64,000 nt of DNA, from the NCBI GenBank assembly GCA_965198115.1, contig OZ240241.1, positions 64,001 through 128,000 of the forward strand, written 5' to 3'. The notes beneath the pieces were generated by a model. It was given only the letters and a program-made list of their open reading frames with translations, did no database searches and was not told the DNA's origin. Source of the DNA: Candidatus Latescibacterota bacterium (GTDB lineage Bacteria; Latescibacterota; UBA2968). The translations under genes were made by a program, and so were the position numbers. Shown one piece after another: positions 10,913-21,669 of the stretch (position 1 is its first letter; each line of letters begins with the position of its first letter).

Positions 10913-11836
10913 ATGGCCTACAAGTGGATGCCGATCATCGGTGGATTTGAGGAAGAAGACGGCGATCTGACTTTCAGGGGGGCAACCACAATTGTACAGA
11001 ACCAGGAGGCCGGCAAGGTAGGCCTCTTCGTGTGCGATCAGGTGTTCACTGGTGGTACCATCTCTGCGGAGATTGAGTTCAAGGGAGTCTCGGAAAGGTC
11101 CTCTTGTGACATTGTCATCTACTACGATCCTCAGAACCAATCGACCGTAAACGTCGGGTTGGCCGACGAATCGTTATTCGCCATTAGGCATTTTGCTGCA
11201 TCAAAGTGGACATTTCACGCGATAGCTGGTGGTCAGGGCAATCTACAAGCAGACAAGCCATACGCGGTGAGAGTGGAGCGGTATGGTTCTTTGGTGCGCC
11301 AATTAGTAGACGGAGTTGAAGTCCTTCGGACGACCCTCCCGTTCACACTTGGGCAGTCACAGGTTGGAGTGCAGTGCGTCGATCAGACGGACATTATGGT
11401 GAGAGACTTCAAAGTCGAGAACATCCGTCCAAAGGCTTTTGTGGTCATGCAATTCAGTGAACCCTACAACGACGTGTATTACGATGTAATCAAGAACGTC
11501 TGTGACGAACTGAACATCGAAGTTAACCGCATTGATGAGGCTGGCGGCCCAGGGATCATAATCTCAGACATAACGCGTGAAATCAATGAATCACACCTAG
11601 TCATTGCGGACATTACACCCAGAAACCCGAATGTGTTCTATGAAGTTGGTTACGCCCACGCGCTAAGCAAGCCGACGATCCTCATAGCAGAGAAGGGTAC
11701 TGATCTTCCTTTTGACGTTTCGCCTTTTCGAACTCTTTTCTATGAAAACTCCATCGGTGGCAAAGGTCGTCTTGAGGATGGGCTTCGAAAACACATTCAG
11801 GCCATCTTCTCTGAAAGAAGAGCTGCAGCCAGTTGA
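10913..11836 (+). CDS. ConA-like beta-sandwich fused to a nucleoside 2-deoxyribosyltransferase/TIR-like domain
   Basis: Beta-rich N-terminus of ~170 aa. C-terminus KAFVVMQF..VIADIT..NPNVFYEVGYAHALSKPTILI..LPFDV. Confidence 0.7.
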   Translation: MAYKWMPIIGGFEEEDGDLTFRGATTIVQNQEAGKVGLFVCDQVFTGGTISAEIEFKGVSERSSCDIVIYYDPQNQSTVNVGLADESLFAIRHFAASKWTFHAIAGGQGNLQADKPYAVRVERYGSLVRQLVDGVEVLRTTLPFTLGQSQVGVQCVDQTDIMVRDFKVENIRPKAFVVMQFSEPYNDVYYDVIKNVCDELNIEVNRIDEAGGPGIIISDITREINESHLVIADITPRNPNVFYEVGYAHALSKPTILIAEKGTDLPFDVSPFRTLFYENSIGGKGRLEDGLRKHIQAIFSERRAAAS

Positions 11837-11892
11837 GAGTCAATAGTGGCGTATCCGGCTTCGTGGGCGGACAAGTCGTGTGAAGGGCCGAA

Positions 11893-12382
11893 GACCTATC
11901 GCTGTAGCGACATCGCCTTGTTGTAAGCCATTCCCCTGCAACGACTTAACGCTCGCAGATTATATGTGGCGGCGGCCTGTTTCCGACGCGGATTGTATGT
12001 TGCGGCATACTTCTCCCGTCAGGCGCCGGGCCGCCGCTGCGGCATACTTCTTCCGTCAGATCGCATCACCGGCGCACAGGCCTCTCTGTCGGTGCTCCAG
12101 TCCGTCAGGCAGTGCGGCCCTTGCGGATTGTAGCCTGGACAGTGGTCCTGTGCGTCGGTGATGCAGTCTGACGGAAGAAGTATGCTCGCGGGGGGACATA
12201 GAATCCGCGTCAGGCGACCCCGCGGCCAGTCGCTGTGCCGGGGTGGTGCAGTCTGACGGAAGAAGTATGCCGCAGCATACAATCCGCGTCGGAAACAGGC
12301 CGCCGCCGCATATAATCCGCGTGGGATAAAGCGTTGCAGGGGAATGGCTTACAACAGGACGATGCCGCTACGGCGATAGGTC
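11893..12382. repeat. Foldback/MITE-like element with ~130-bp inverted arms and internal ~21-bp repeats
   Basis: Arm 11893-12022 is the near reverse complement of 12253-12382. GCGGCATACTTCTTCCGTCAG-like unit occurs twice forward and twice reverse. Confidence 0.8.
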
Positions 12383-12420
12383 CGCACGGATACAATCCGC
12401 TGACGCCGCTGCGCCATACT

Positions 12421-12878
12421 GACCTGAACAGACCTGAGAGGGCATCCAGATGCCGTTGACGAAAGGTCGATATCGTGTCGTGATCAGGATGCTGATCCAG
12501 GCTGAGCACACGGAAAGCAACGGAGTCATAGGTCGCACGCTCGATCTTGCGGGAACTCCTGATGCCTTCGCAGTAACCATACAGCAGTAGGCTCACCATC
12601 ATCCGGGGATCATACGGTGGCTGGCCACCTTGAGACCCATCGTAGGTCTCGTAGATCGCGGACAAATCAAGTTGTCCGACGATATCCAGAATGAAGTAGG
12701 TCGGATGACCCTTGGGAAGCCAACTCCAGAGATCCGGAGGTAGCAACATCAACTGAGCCGGATTATAGTCACGAAACCGAGTAGAAGTGCTCAACGGAAA
12801 CCTCCAATTCAGAGTCGGAACCTTGGTCGCACTTCTACAATACGAAATCTTCCTCCGGCTGGGTACTCCGACAGGCTC
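12421..12878 (-). mobile_element. IS1182-family 5' fragment
   Basis: LMLLPPDL..GQPPYDPRMM..SSRKIE..PDHDTISTFR. End sequence GAGCCTGTCGGA is shared with 63038. Confidence 0.8.
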
Positions 12879-12899
12879 CTAGGATAGGCACAACACCCG

Positions 12900-15100
12900 C
12901 GCTCGGGATGACCTGTTCTAGGATTCCAAGAGTTTTCTGTCTGAACTCCTTCGCCTCTGCTATAGTGATTGTTCGCGTACCGTGAGCTGAGAGGTTTCTC
13001 AGGAGCCCAAGTCTATTGAGGTCAGAGAAGACGAATGCGCTGAACGATCGACTGAAACAGTCTTTCGATAAGCTAAAGAAGAGATTGTGTTTCATTCCAT
13101 GCTTGAACGTTGTCAAGCTGAAGTTTTCGCGTTCTTTGCTATCCCTAAAGAGGTTCGTAAAAGGCTCTGCACACTCCTGTCTTGATTGCAGGAATTGCAC
13201 AAAGGGATCGTAGATATGCGTGCGCATTTCGCGAACAAGGACATTCCCGTAGGCAACGGGACACTCACCGAAGTCTTTGGAGTCGAGGCAGTTTGGGTAG
13301 GCCAATCTACGCTCACAATTGATCAGGTTTTCTCGCGAAGATGGGGCCAAGCAGGACCACACACTAAGCTCCTTGCTAAGTGCATGGTTTCATAAACATT
13401 ATTACGTATGTTCTGAACATTATTTGTAGCTTATGTTCTCCTTCAAAAGGAGGAGAACAATGCCAAGACGTTCGCCTTATGTGGTGCTACTGTCTGAGAA
13501 GGAACGGGTCGACCTCGAGCGAATGGCTGGACAATATACGTTACCGTATTATCAAGTGATCCGATCGAAAATCGTGCTTCTCGCCGCCGAGGGATTATCC
13601 AACAAGATTATCGCCCAACGGTTGGATGTCCCGCGTCCGATCGTAAGCAAATGGCGTAAGCGCTTTTTCGAAGAGCGTCTTTCGGGACTCGAAGATAGAT
13701 CTCGTCCCGGGCGCCCGCCCGGTTTTCCCCCCTCAGGTGGTCGTTCAGATCAAGGCGCTGGCGTGTGAACTACCGAGCGAGAGCGGGATACCGCTCTCGC
13801 GGTTCAGCTGTTCCGAGATTGCCGCCGAGGCAGTGCAAAGGGGCTTCGTTGCCAAGATCAGCGGCGCCACTGTCTGGCGCTGGTTGAACGAGGACGCGAT
13901 TCGTCCTTGGTATCATCGCTCCTGGATTTTCCCACGGGACCCGGACTTCCAAACCAAAGCAGGTAGAGTCCTTGATCTGTATCACCGCCAATGGCAAGGA
14001 AAGCCTTTAGGGCCGAGGGAATATGTACTTTCTGCCGACGAAAAGACCAGTATTCAAGCACGAGCTCGCAAGCACGTTACCCTACCGCCAGCCTCGAACA
14101 GAGCGGCACGCGTTGAACACGAATACGAGCGGAAAGGAGCCCTGGCCTATCTGGCTGCTCTCGACGTGCACAATGGTCGAATCTTCGGTCTCTGTGAGTC
14201 TTCTTCGGGTATCGAGCCCTTCAACCGGCTCCTGAGCCTGATCATGAGCCGGAAACCCTATTGCTCGGCAAAGAAAGTCTACCTCATCGTGGATAATGGC
14301 TCCTCGCACCGAGGGCAAACATGCATCGACCGTATCCGGGGGAAGTGGCCAAACATCCACCCCGTTCACCTTCCGATCCACGCAAGCTGGCTCAATCAGA
14401 TCGAGATCTACTTCTCGATCCTCAAACGCAAGGCTCTGACACCTATCGAATTTGCATCGCTCGAAGAGCTTGAGGCAAGAATCCTCGGTTTTCAGGAACG
14501 CTACGGACGTATCGCCACACCCTTCAAATGGAAGTTCACACGAACAGATCTCGCGGAGATGATCGACAAACTCAGGTTCTACGATACGCCCTTGGCAAAG
14601 TCTGCTTAGAATACGTCACCGTATTTGCGAACAGGAGTACTAAGTATGGCTACCGCAGCCTCCCTATCGATAGAAGACTGCGGCTGATTCTCCTTGATTC
14701 TCGTCTCGATCTCCTTTCGAGTAGTTTTATGCTCCTCTTGAATCGTCTGATTCTGCGCCGAGAAATGTTCAGCAAAGGACTCTGCCCACTTCTCGTCCAA
14801 AGGTTTGACTACATCGCGGCCGACAACCTCGGTCCGGTCTGACGAGGGCCCACTCTCCTCCGTTTCACCTCTCCATATACCATTAAATGCTTTGCCAACT
14901 CGTTCGATCGCGACCCGTATGACCTCAGACCCATACTGGTCTTCGAACTCTTGGACGCGGGCCTTCGCCTCACATCGAACAACATCCATATCTGGTCCTG
15001 TGCCAGTCGCCACTCGCTCCCAGTATTGCACTGCGTGGTAGTACCCGCCCGAGTCCTCATATCTATGTGCTAGTTCTGTCATCGCAGTTTGGTAGAACGG
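12900..15100 (-). pseudogene. Coiled-coil/HEPN-like protein split by IS630
   Basis: Removing IS630 joins ..AAVAILS|KELSVWSCL.. in frame. C-terminal RNLSAH matches the HEPN Rx4H motif. Confidence 0.55.
13376..14644 (+). mobile_element. IS630-family element (type A), two ORFs joined by a probable programmed frameshift
   Basis: HTH ORF plus DDE ORF (ADEKT, VDNGSSH, ASWLNQIE). Slippery TTTTCCCCCC at ~13723. Flanked by CTAAG on both sides. Confidence 0.92.
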
Positions 15101-15109
15101 ATCATCTTC

Positions 15110-15540
15110 GAGCTCAGGTCAATAGGTGTGTAAAAGAAATCAGGCGGCCATCTTCCCGGCTTCGACCTGCGGTCCGGTTGAGTGTTTCTGATCGTAGACT
15201 TGTTGTAGCAAGTGTGGCGCGGTGAGTTTCCTGAATCGGCTCTCTGCGACCTTGAGCGTACGCCAGATGAGAGCCGTGGCGTTCCTGACTTTCTTGAATC
15301 GCCTGGCGGCGTTTGTGCGAAGCCGAACGGAAGCAAAGGGGCTCTCGACGACGTTCGTGGTTCTCAGGTGTTTCCAGTGTTCCTTCGGGAAGTCGTAGAA
15401 CGTGACCATCCGATCCCAGTTTCTTTCGAGCGTCTCCACGGCGGCAGGGAACTGTGAGCGATACCGTGCGGCAAAGCGTTTCCGGAGCTTCTCGGCCTCC
15501 TTTTTCGTGCCGGCATAGGGGATCTGGACGAGCAGTGCGG
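15110..15540 (-). mobile_element. IS256 type A 3' fragment
   Basis: Matches the last ~430 bp of 9220-10593, including the TIR. Confidence 0.9.
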
Positions 15541-16403
15541 GAAGATAGGATTCGGCCTTGTCCAGTGCGGAGACGACCTCATCTCTCACTTCAGAGCCCC
15601 GGGCTTGGGTGAGCATCCCAAATGCTTTCTGTGAGCAATAGTAGCCCACGATGTCTGCAAGTCTGTTCCACAGGAGTTCCATTGGTTCAACCCCTGCCTC
15701 TTGTGCTTCATTCTCCGCTTCCTCAGTCCACCTGAATTTCCTTCCACTGAATACCCTTACGGTAGTTCCTCGCAATGATTGTATCTTAGCTATGCTGGTG
15801 TAAATCTTCTCGATCTTCTTAAGATCCTTCCCTATCTGGACCGCCTTGTCAGATCTACGTGTGAGGGCAGGGATTGTCTTCCGCATATCGTTGCCTCTTT
15901 CTGGATCGATTCTATTGTGCGAGGTCGTCCCTTGGGCGCTGGTAATGCTTTCTCCTTTCATTGACTGGGGAGAGGAATGGTGTATCGTTTTCCCGTAAGC
16001 CCGCTGCAGTGCCTCGGCGGGAATGCCTTCCTGCCGGGGCCTTTCTTCTGTTTCTCCTTTTCTCGATATAGTTCTCCGCGGGTTTCTGATGAAAGTAGTC
16101 CTCAGAATCCATGGTGTCCGCGAGAATCTTCTTTTTTTCACCATTTTCTTGAGAAGAGTCACGTATTCGACGCTAAGTCAGACTTATCCCTGGACATATC
16201 TGTTGAGCTAAGTGAAAACACGATCTGACGTGGCAGATTCGAAGATGTTGCCGGGTCGGTTGGCTATCGGCTGAAGGTGTGGTGGTTAAGCTTTGACAGC
16301 CCGATCACAAGGGAGGTAGGTTCTCCCAAGGGGCACTTCCATTGAGCGCAGCTCAGACTGGAGTGCCCTGTTTTCTTGCGACCTATAGCTTGGTGGTGTT
16401 CCT

Positions 16404-16583
16404 ATGCCCGAGACGATACCAGGCCTGCTCAGCGATGTTTTCCTTGAGCAGGACAAGGTCCTATTTGAGGAGGTCCTTACGTGCTTTGAATCGGGAGCGT
16501 TGAGGGCAGCCTACATACTCACGTGGATTTGTATTGCTGAATCCATCAAGGCCAAGTTTAGAGATAATTACGATTTATTTTAA
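16404..16583 (+). pseudogene. N-terminal fragment of a HEPN-like protein
   Basis: LFEEVLTCFESGALRAAYILTWICIAESIKAKF, then a stop. Confidence 0.4.
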
Positions 16584-16903
16584 AATTATGAGTACTCATG
16601 TACTCAATTTCTAGTGGCCAAGCGACGACTGCCCTGTATCTGCGGCTCGCGGTGGAAGAACCCGGTCGAGAATCTGAGCAGCAACACGTGATGCCGGCCA
16701 GCCTCGTGGCCGGGACACACGCGCTCGACGTCTGCAAGACATAGAATCAGACACGGGATACGACACACGGCGGCGCTCACCGGAAGGCGCCCTCGCCGTC
16801 GTATCGTAAACGGCCGTTTGCGATACATGCGGATCGGCTCCTTCGACTTGCTGAGGCGTGGAATGAATAGACACCACCGGTCTTTTCGATAGGAGAACAG
16901 GTT

Positions 16904-17878
16904 ATGACGCGGACAACCCTCGGTCGCCTTGAGCCGGTCGAGTTGCGAAACATCTGGACGAGTGAGGCCGCAGACTTCACCCCCTGGCTAGCCCGTCCAG
17001 AGAATCTCTCCGTGCTTGGCGAAACGCTGGGTATCGACCTGGAGGTGGAAGCCCAGGAGCGTTCGGTGGGTCCGTTTCGGGCGGATATCCTCTGCAAGGA
17101 CATCGCGACCGACAGCTGGGTCCTGGTTGAGAATCAGTTGGAACGCACGGATCACAGTCACCTCGGCCAGCTGTTGACCTACGCCTCTGGCCTTGAAGCC
17201 GTCACCATCGTCTGGGTCGCAGCCCAGTTCACGGATGAGCATCGGTCGACGCTGGACTGGCTCAACAGGATCACGGATGCCAGATTTCGCTTCTTCGGCC
17301 TTGAGGTCCAGTTGTGGCGGATCGAGGATTCGCCGCCAGCGCCACGATTCAATGTGATCTCCAAGCCGAACGACTGGTCACAATCCGTCGCACAGGCCGC
17401 TCGGGCGATTGACGACACCGAGTTGTCTGAAACGCGAGTGGCTCAACGGGCATATTGGGCTGCCCTACACACGGTGCTCGACGCAGCGGGCGGTCCCGTC
17501 TCAGGAAACCAGAAACCACAGCCACAGTCCTGGATGGTGTATCCGATTGGTCGCTCCGGCTTCCATCTGAGTGCAGTGATGATTCGTCCGAAGAACCGGG
17601 TCCGCGCCGAACTCTATATCAAGGGAGAGGAGGCCAAGGGGTTTCTCGCGTCTCTGAAGGAGCAGCGTGAGGCACTCGAAGGGGAGCTGGGGTACCACCT
17701 CGAATGGGAAGAGTTACCGACGCGACGTGACTGCCGGGTCGCGTGCTACTTGAATGACGTAGATCCCGAGAACGAGGCGGACTGGGCGCACCAGCACGAA
17801 TGGCTAGCGCGGCACCTGAATGACCTACATCGTGTACTGGCGCCACGAGTAAGAACCCTGGAGGCGACGCAGATCTGA
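16904..17878 (+). CDS. NucS-like endonuclease plus DUF4268 domain protein
   Basis: LRNIW..EAADFTPWLA, ADILC, VENQLERTDHSHLGQLLTYA. Confidence 0.85.
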   Translation: MTRTTLGRLEPVELRNIWTSEAADFTPWLARPENLSVLGETLGIDLEVEAQERSVGPFRADILCKDIATDSWVLVENQLERTDHSHLGQLLTYASGLEAVTIVWVAAQFTDEHRSTLDWLNRITDARFRFFGLEVQLWRIEDSPPAPRFNVISKPNDWSQSVAQAARAIDDTELSETRVAQRAYWAALHTVLDAAGGPVSGNQKPQPQSWMVYPIGRSGFHLSAVMIRPKNRVRAELYIKGEEAKGFLASLKEQREALEGELGYHLEWEELPTRRDCRVACYLNDVDPENEADWAHQHEWLARHLNDLHRVLAPRVRTLEATQI

Positions 17879-17923
17879 AATCATATACATGGCCAACTCA
17901 GAATCCGGCCATCAATGCACTTT

Positions 17924-18435
17924 GAATCGCCCCGGACTTGCCGGAGACTCTATTTCTTGAGAGGATAGAGTCATGACAATCAGAAAGAGGTATTCTCCAG
18001 AGGTCCGCGAACTGTGCGGTTCGGTTGGTGTTCGAACACGTGAGTGATTACGACTCCGAGTGGGAGACCATCTGTTCGATTGCGGCCAAGATCGGTTGTA
18101 CTGCCGAGACGCTCCGCAAATGGGTGCGTAGGACCGAAGTGGACACGGGTCGTCGGGACGGCGTGACTAGCGATGAGCGGGCACAACTCAAGGAGCTGCA
18201 GCGTGAGAACCGAGAGTTGCGTCGTGCCAACGAGATCCTTCGCAAGGCATCGGCCTATTTCGCTCAGGCGGAGCTCGACCGCCCACCGAAACGTTAGTGG
18301 CCTGCATCGACGATCAACGTGACAACTACGGGGTCGAGCCGATCTGCAAGGTTCTGCCGATCGCACCGTCCACTTACTACGAGCAGAAGGCCCGGCAGGC
18401 CGATCCTGACCGTCTGCCGCCCCGTGTCCGCCGGC
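17924..18435 (+). mobile_element. IS3-family 5' fragment (orfA and start of orfB)
   Basis: TGAATCGCCCCGG end; [23 protein letters not shown]; YGVEPICKVLPIAPSTYY. Confidence 0.85.
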
Positions 18436-18642
18436 GACAGGTGTACCGTCAGTTTGGCTTGCACCCCTCCAAAGACAGCGACAAGCGCACCGTCCAAAAC
18501 TTCCGCACCCAAGCTCTACGGGAGTTGAAGAAGATCAAGCTCGCTTGGCCGGAGTTGAACTACTCAACCGCTCCGGGCCTCCTGATCCTGCATCCCTCGA
18601 TCCCGGCCATCGCGCCGCTCAATCAAGGCCAGCTGACAAGTA
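18436..18642 (+). pseudogene. Plasmid RepA_C-like replication protein C-terminal fragment
   Basis: YRQFG..VQNFR..LRELKKIKLAWPELNY...LILHPS. Confidence 0.5.
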
Positions 18643-19179
18643 CTGTCTCCGACTCCAGAATCCGTTGCGCCCACCGCCCATCATTTTTCTGCCATCACTC
18701 ATCGGCTCCAGTCGATATCGGGGACGCGGCTGGGGCGGTTCCGGTCCCACGTCTGCCGTGCCCGCTCCGCGATCCGCTCGGTGAGCTCGCGAAATTTGCT
18801 GGTCCACGAACGCCAGCGCCCCCTCGATCCACCCTGCGCGGTTGCGATACGCGACCGCGCCCGCATCTGCGACCCGACCGAATCAGGTCTGTTCAACACA
18901 ATACCGGACCTTCTCGACTCGTTAGCGTCTTCACTGTCGTTGTTATCTTCGCTCTCTGTCGCGGAGACCGAGTGAATGGATGTGGCCATGGTTTTCGATC
19001 CCGGCAAGATCCCGAACGTATACGACGAAGGACGGGCTGGCGCACGACCACGTGCGAGCTGTGGGCCCTCGCGTCCTTATCCCCCACGCACCGCGCCTAA
19101 TCTCAGAGCAATTTTGCAGGTCTCTGCTGGACTAGGTTCATTGTGAATGAAGCTAAGGACTCGATTGACAAATGCTCTT

Positions 19180-19212
19180 GTTAGCAATTCTGTTAGCAAT
19201 TCTGTTAGCAAA
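19180..19212 (+). repeat. Three tandem 12-bp repeats (TGTTAGCAATTC), integrase arm-type-site-like
   Basis: tgttagcaattc tgttagcaattc tgttagcaa, ~70 bp from the tRNA-Val 3' end once ISL3 is removed. Confidence 0.65.
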
Positions 19213-19257
19213 ATTGCAAAAGGGGCAATCCCCTAATGGGGTGCCCCTTTTAAATAT

Positions 19258-20684
19258 GGCTATATCCGGATCTCTCAACGAGATGAAGTGGGTGAAGGTG
19301 CCGTGGTTCCTGGCATGGGGGCGCGGTTAGAGTGTGCGGAACCTCTTCGGAATCTGCTCAGGGATGTTTATGTCTCCGACGGTAAGGAAGATCATATCGT
19401 TGAATGCGTCGAGTGTGCGGAATCCGCTGGCTCGGTTCTTGACGATTTGGACGATTCGGTTGAGGCCTTCGGCGATGGCGTTGGTAAGACGCGTGTTCAC
19501 GAATGCGAGGACGCCGAAGAAGTGCTGTCGCAGGGTCCTGACGAACTTTCGCAGGGGTTCAAGTCGACTTCTGAGTGCGGACGTCGTCCAGCATTTCAGG
19601 AAGCGTTCGGCAGCCCAGGGCGCTTTGTATTCCCAGAACTGCTCGAACTCGTCCTTGAGTCTCCAGGCTCTATAGATTCGGTAGTTCGCCTTCTCCAGTG
19701 CTTCGAGTGTCCGAGTATCCCCTCTGGAGCGTGTCGCTGAGTGCCGGTAGAGGAGCCATCGGAGGCCCTTCATGGCTTTGCGCTCATCCGGGGCAGCTTT
19801 ACGCCACTGGTCCTTACGGACCTCGTCAACGGCGGCATTGAGAGCCTTGACGATGTGAAAGCGATCGAGGACCAGCTTGGCATTCGGACAGTGTTCCTGG
19901 ATGGCTCCGATGTAAGCTTCAAGCTTCGCTCATGTCGCAGCAGGCCCACCCGATCTTGGATCTCCGGTAGGGACTGAGAGCCTCTGTGAAGAACCGATCG
20001 ATCGTTTTACGCGCCCTGCCGCGGCCAACCCACACCACGCAGGAGCGGTCCAGATCGTAAACGAGCGTGGCGTACCTGTGACGCTTGGCGTAGGAGATCT
20101 CGTCGATCCCGATGGTTTTGAGCCCTCGGATACGATGACCTTCACGAAGCCGCGTGATGGATCGGTGAAGGAGATCCGACAGCGTCGAGGCAGAGATGCG
20201 CAGTAACTCGGACGCCGCCTTCTGCGTCATGGTCTGGCAGTAGCGCAGCATGGCATACTCGAAGCGATACGTCACCCGAGAGAACCGCTCCGCCCACGGA
20301 ATCTCCTCGACCACACGACCGTGGGTAGGACACCGAATCTCCCGAGGATGGTAGAGAAGCCAGACCCTCCACCCGCACACCGGAATGTCACGCCACCGAC
20401 GCGGATGGGGCATTGTGCGGACGATTTTACCTCGACGGCCGCACTCCGGACAACAACAACCATTCTTATGTGGCTTTACGGCGATGACGAAGCAGCTTCT
20501 CCCCTCAAACCACCAGCTGACAACACGGAACCCCTTGAATCTCAGCAGTTTCGATAGTAATCTGCTCCCGGTCATAGGTCGCACCCCCTTCGCTTTGATT
20601 GTCCTACACACACAACCAAGCGTAGGGAACGATCTATGACCTTGTCATTCTATAGTTTCACCGTTGAGAAACCCGGATAGAGCC
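19258..20684 (-). mobile_element. ISL3-family element; transposase frameshifted by a 7-bp duplication
   Basis: TIRs GGCTATATCCGG and CCGGATAGAGCC; 8-bp TSD TTAAATAT; GIDEISY, DRFH, NAIAEGLN; AAGCTTC duplicated at 19914-19927. Confidence 0.93.
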
Positions 20685-20712
20685 TTAAATATCTGTTTCT
20701 GAGTGAGTTAAG

Positions 20713-20789
20713 TGGTGGGCGATACTGGACTTGAACCAGTGACCTCCTGCATGTCAAGCAGGCACTCTAACCACCTGAGCTAATCGCCC
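20713..20789 (-). tRNA. tRNA-Val(GAC)
   Basis: GGGCGATTAGCTCAGGTGGTTAGAGTGCCTGCTTGACATGCAGGAGGTCACTGGTTCAAGTCCAGTATCGCCCACCA. Confidence 0.96.
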
Positions 20790-21195
20790 ACTTCACTCAA
20801 TTCGGCGAAATATACCAAGAAGAATCAGGTGGTGCAAGGACAATCCTGATCAGAAACCTTTGTAAAACCGATTGTTACGTCAGTTGTGTTCCAGATCACG
20901 CTCTTGGTGTGATCGCGCTTACGGCGGGGCTACCGGCTTGAGTCGATACTTGAATCATAGCGAAATCCCTTGGGAGGTATGGGGAGACGGCTTGACGTCC
21001 GGACGACAGTGTAACCAAGCCCTGCACGACCCGATTCTACGAAGGCCCATTGGCCACGTCGGGTGTCGTTCGAATGACGAGGGTCGTCTCCCCTTTTATA
21101 TTCGAAGCGGTCAACGCAGAGAGCGCGAGAGACGCAGGGGAAGACTGGAACGGGGAGCGTGAAACAACACACAGGGGGCGATGGAAGGTCGGGGC

Positions 21196-21669
21196 ATGAA
21201 AACGTCGGATATGCATACGCTGGTTCGGAAGATTCCGCTGTTCCACGGCGTGGAGCCCGGATACATACGGGAACTGCTCGCCGATGTGGAGATCCAAAAC
21301 TTCAAAACCGGCGAGACACTGTGCGAGGAGGGTAACGACAGCCGGTTTCTATTCGTCGTACTGAGGGGAAAGCTGACAATCAAACGACAGGGGGTCGACC
21401 TGGCTCACGTGTCGGCCGTTGACATCGTTGGCGAGATGGGTGTGATCACGGATTCACCGCGGTGCGCAACGGTGACGGCTGAGGAGGAGGCGACCGTCGT
21501 CGTCATTCCGAAAAGTCGGTTCAGCTACGTGATCGGGCTCGATCACGAACTGGCGGCGACCGTTTACCGAAACGTCCTGACCGCCACCTTCGCGAAACTC
21601 CAATCGATGAATGATCACATGCACGACCATCTGTCGGGCGACGGGTTTGGTCTCGCGACATCGGTCTGA
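21196..21669 (+). CDS. Cyclic nucleotide-binding domain protein
   Basis: IPLFHG..GETLCEEG..VGEMGVITDSPRCATV. Confidence 0.85.
   Translation: MKTSDMHTLVRKIPLFHGVEPGYIRELLADVEIQNFKTGETLCEEGNDSRFLFVVLRGKLTIKRQGVDLAHVSAVDIVGEMGVITDSPRCATVTAEEEATVVVIPKSRFSYVIGLDHELAATVYRNVLTATFAKLQSMNDHMHDHLSGDGFGLATSV

Noticed and set aside
12002-12274. CRISPR-like array from the ~21-bp repeats
   Set aside because: Mixed orientation, irregular spacing and no cas genes; explained by the foldback element.
15140-16162. 340-aa novel transposase fusion
   Set aside because: Chance in-frame junction of an unrelated fragment with an IS256 3' piece.
18297-19100. 267-aa IS3 orfB
   Set aside because: Only ~45 aa are IS3; the rest is a RepA shard plus unrelated sequence.
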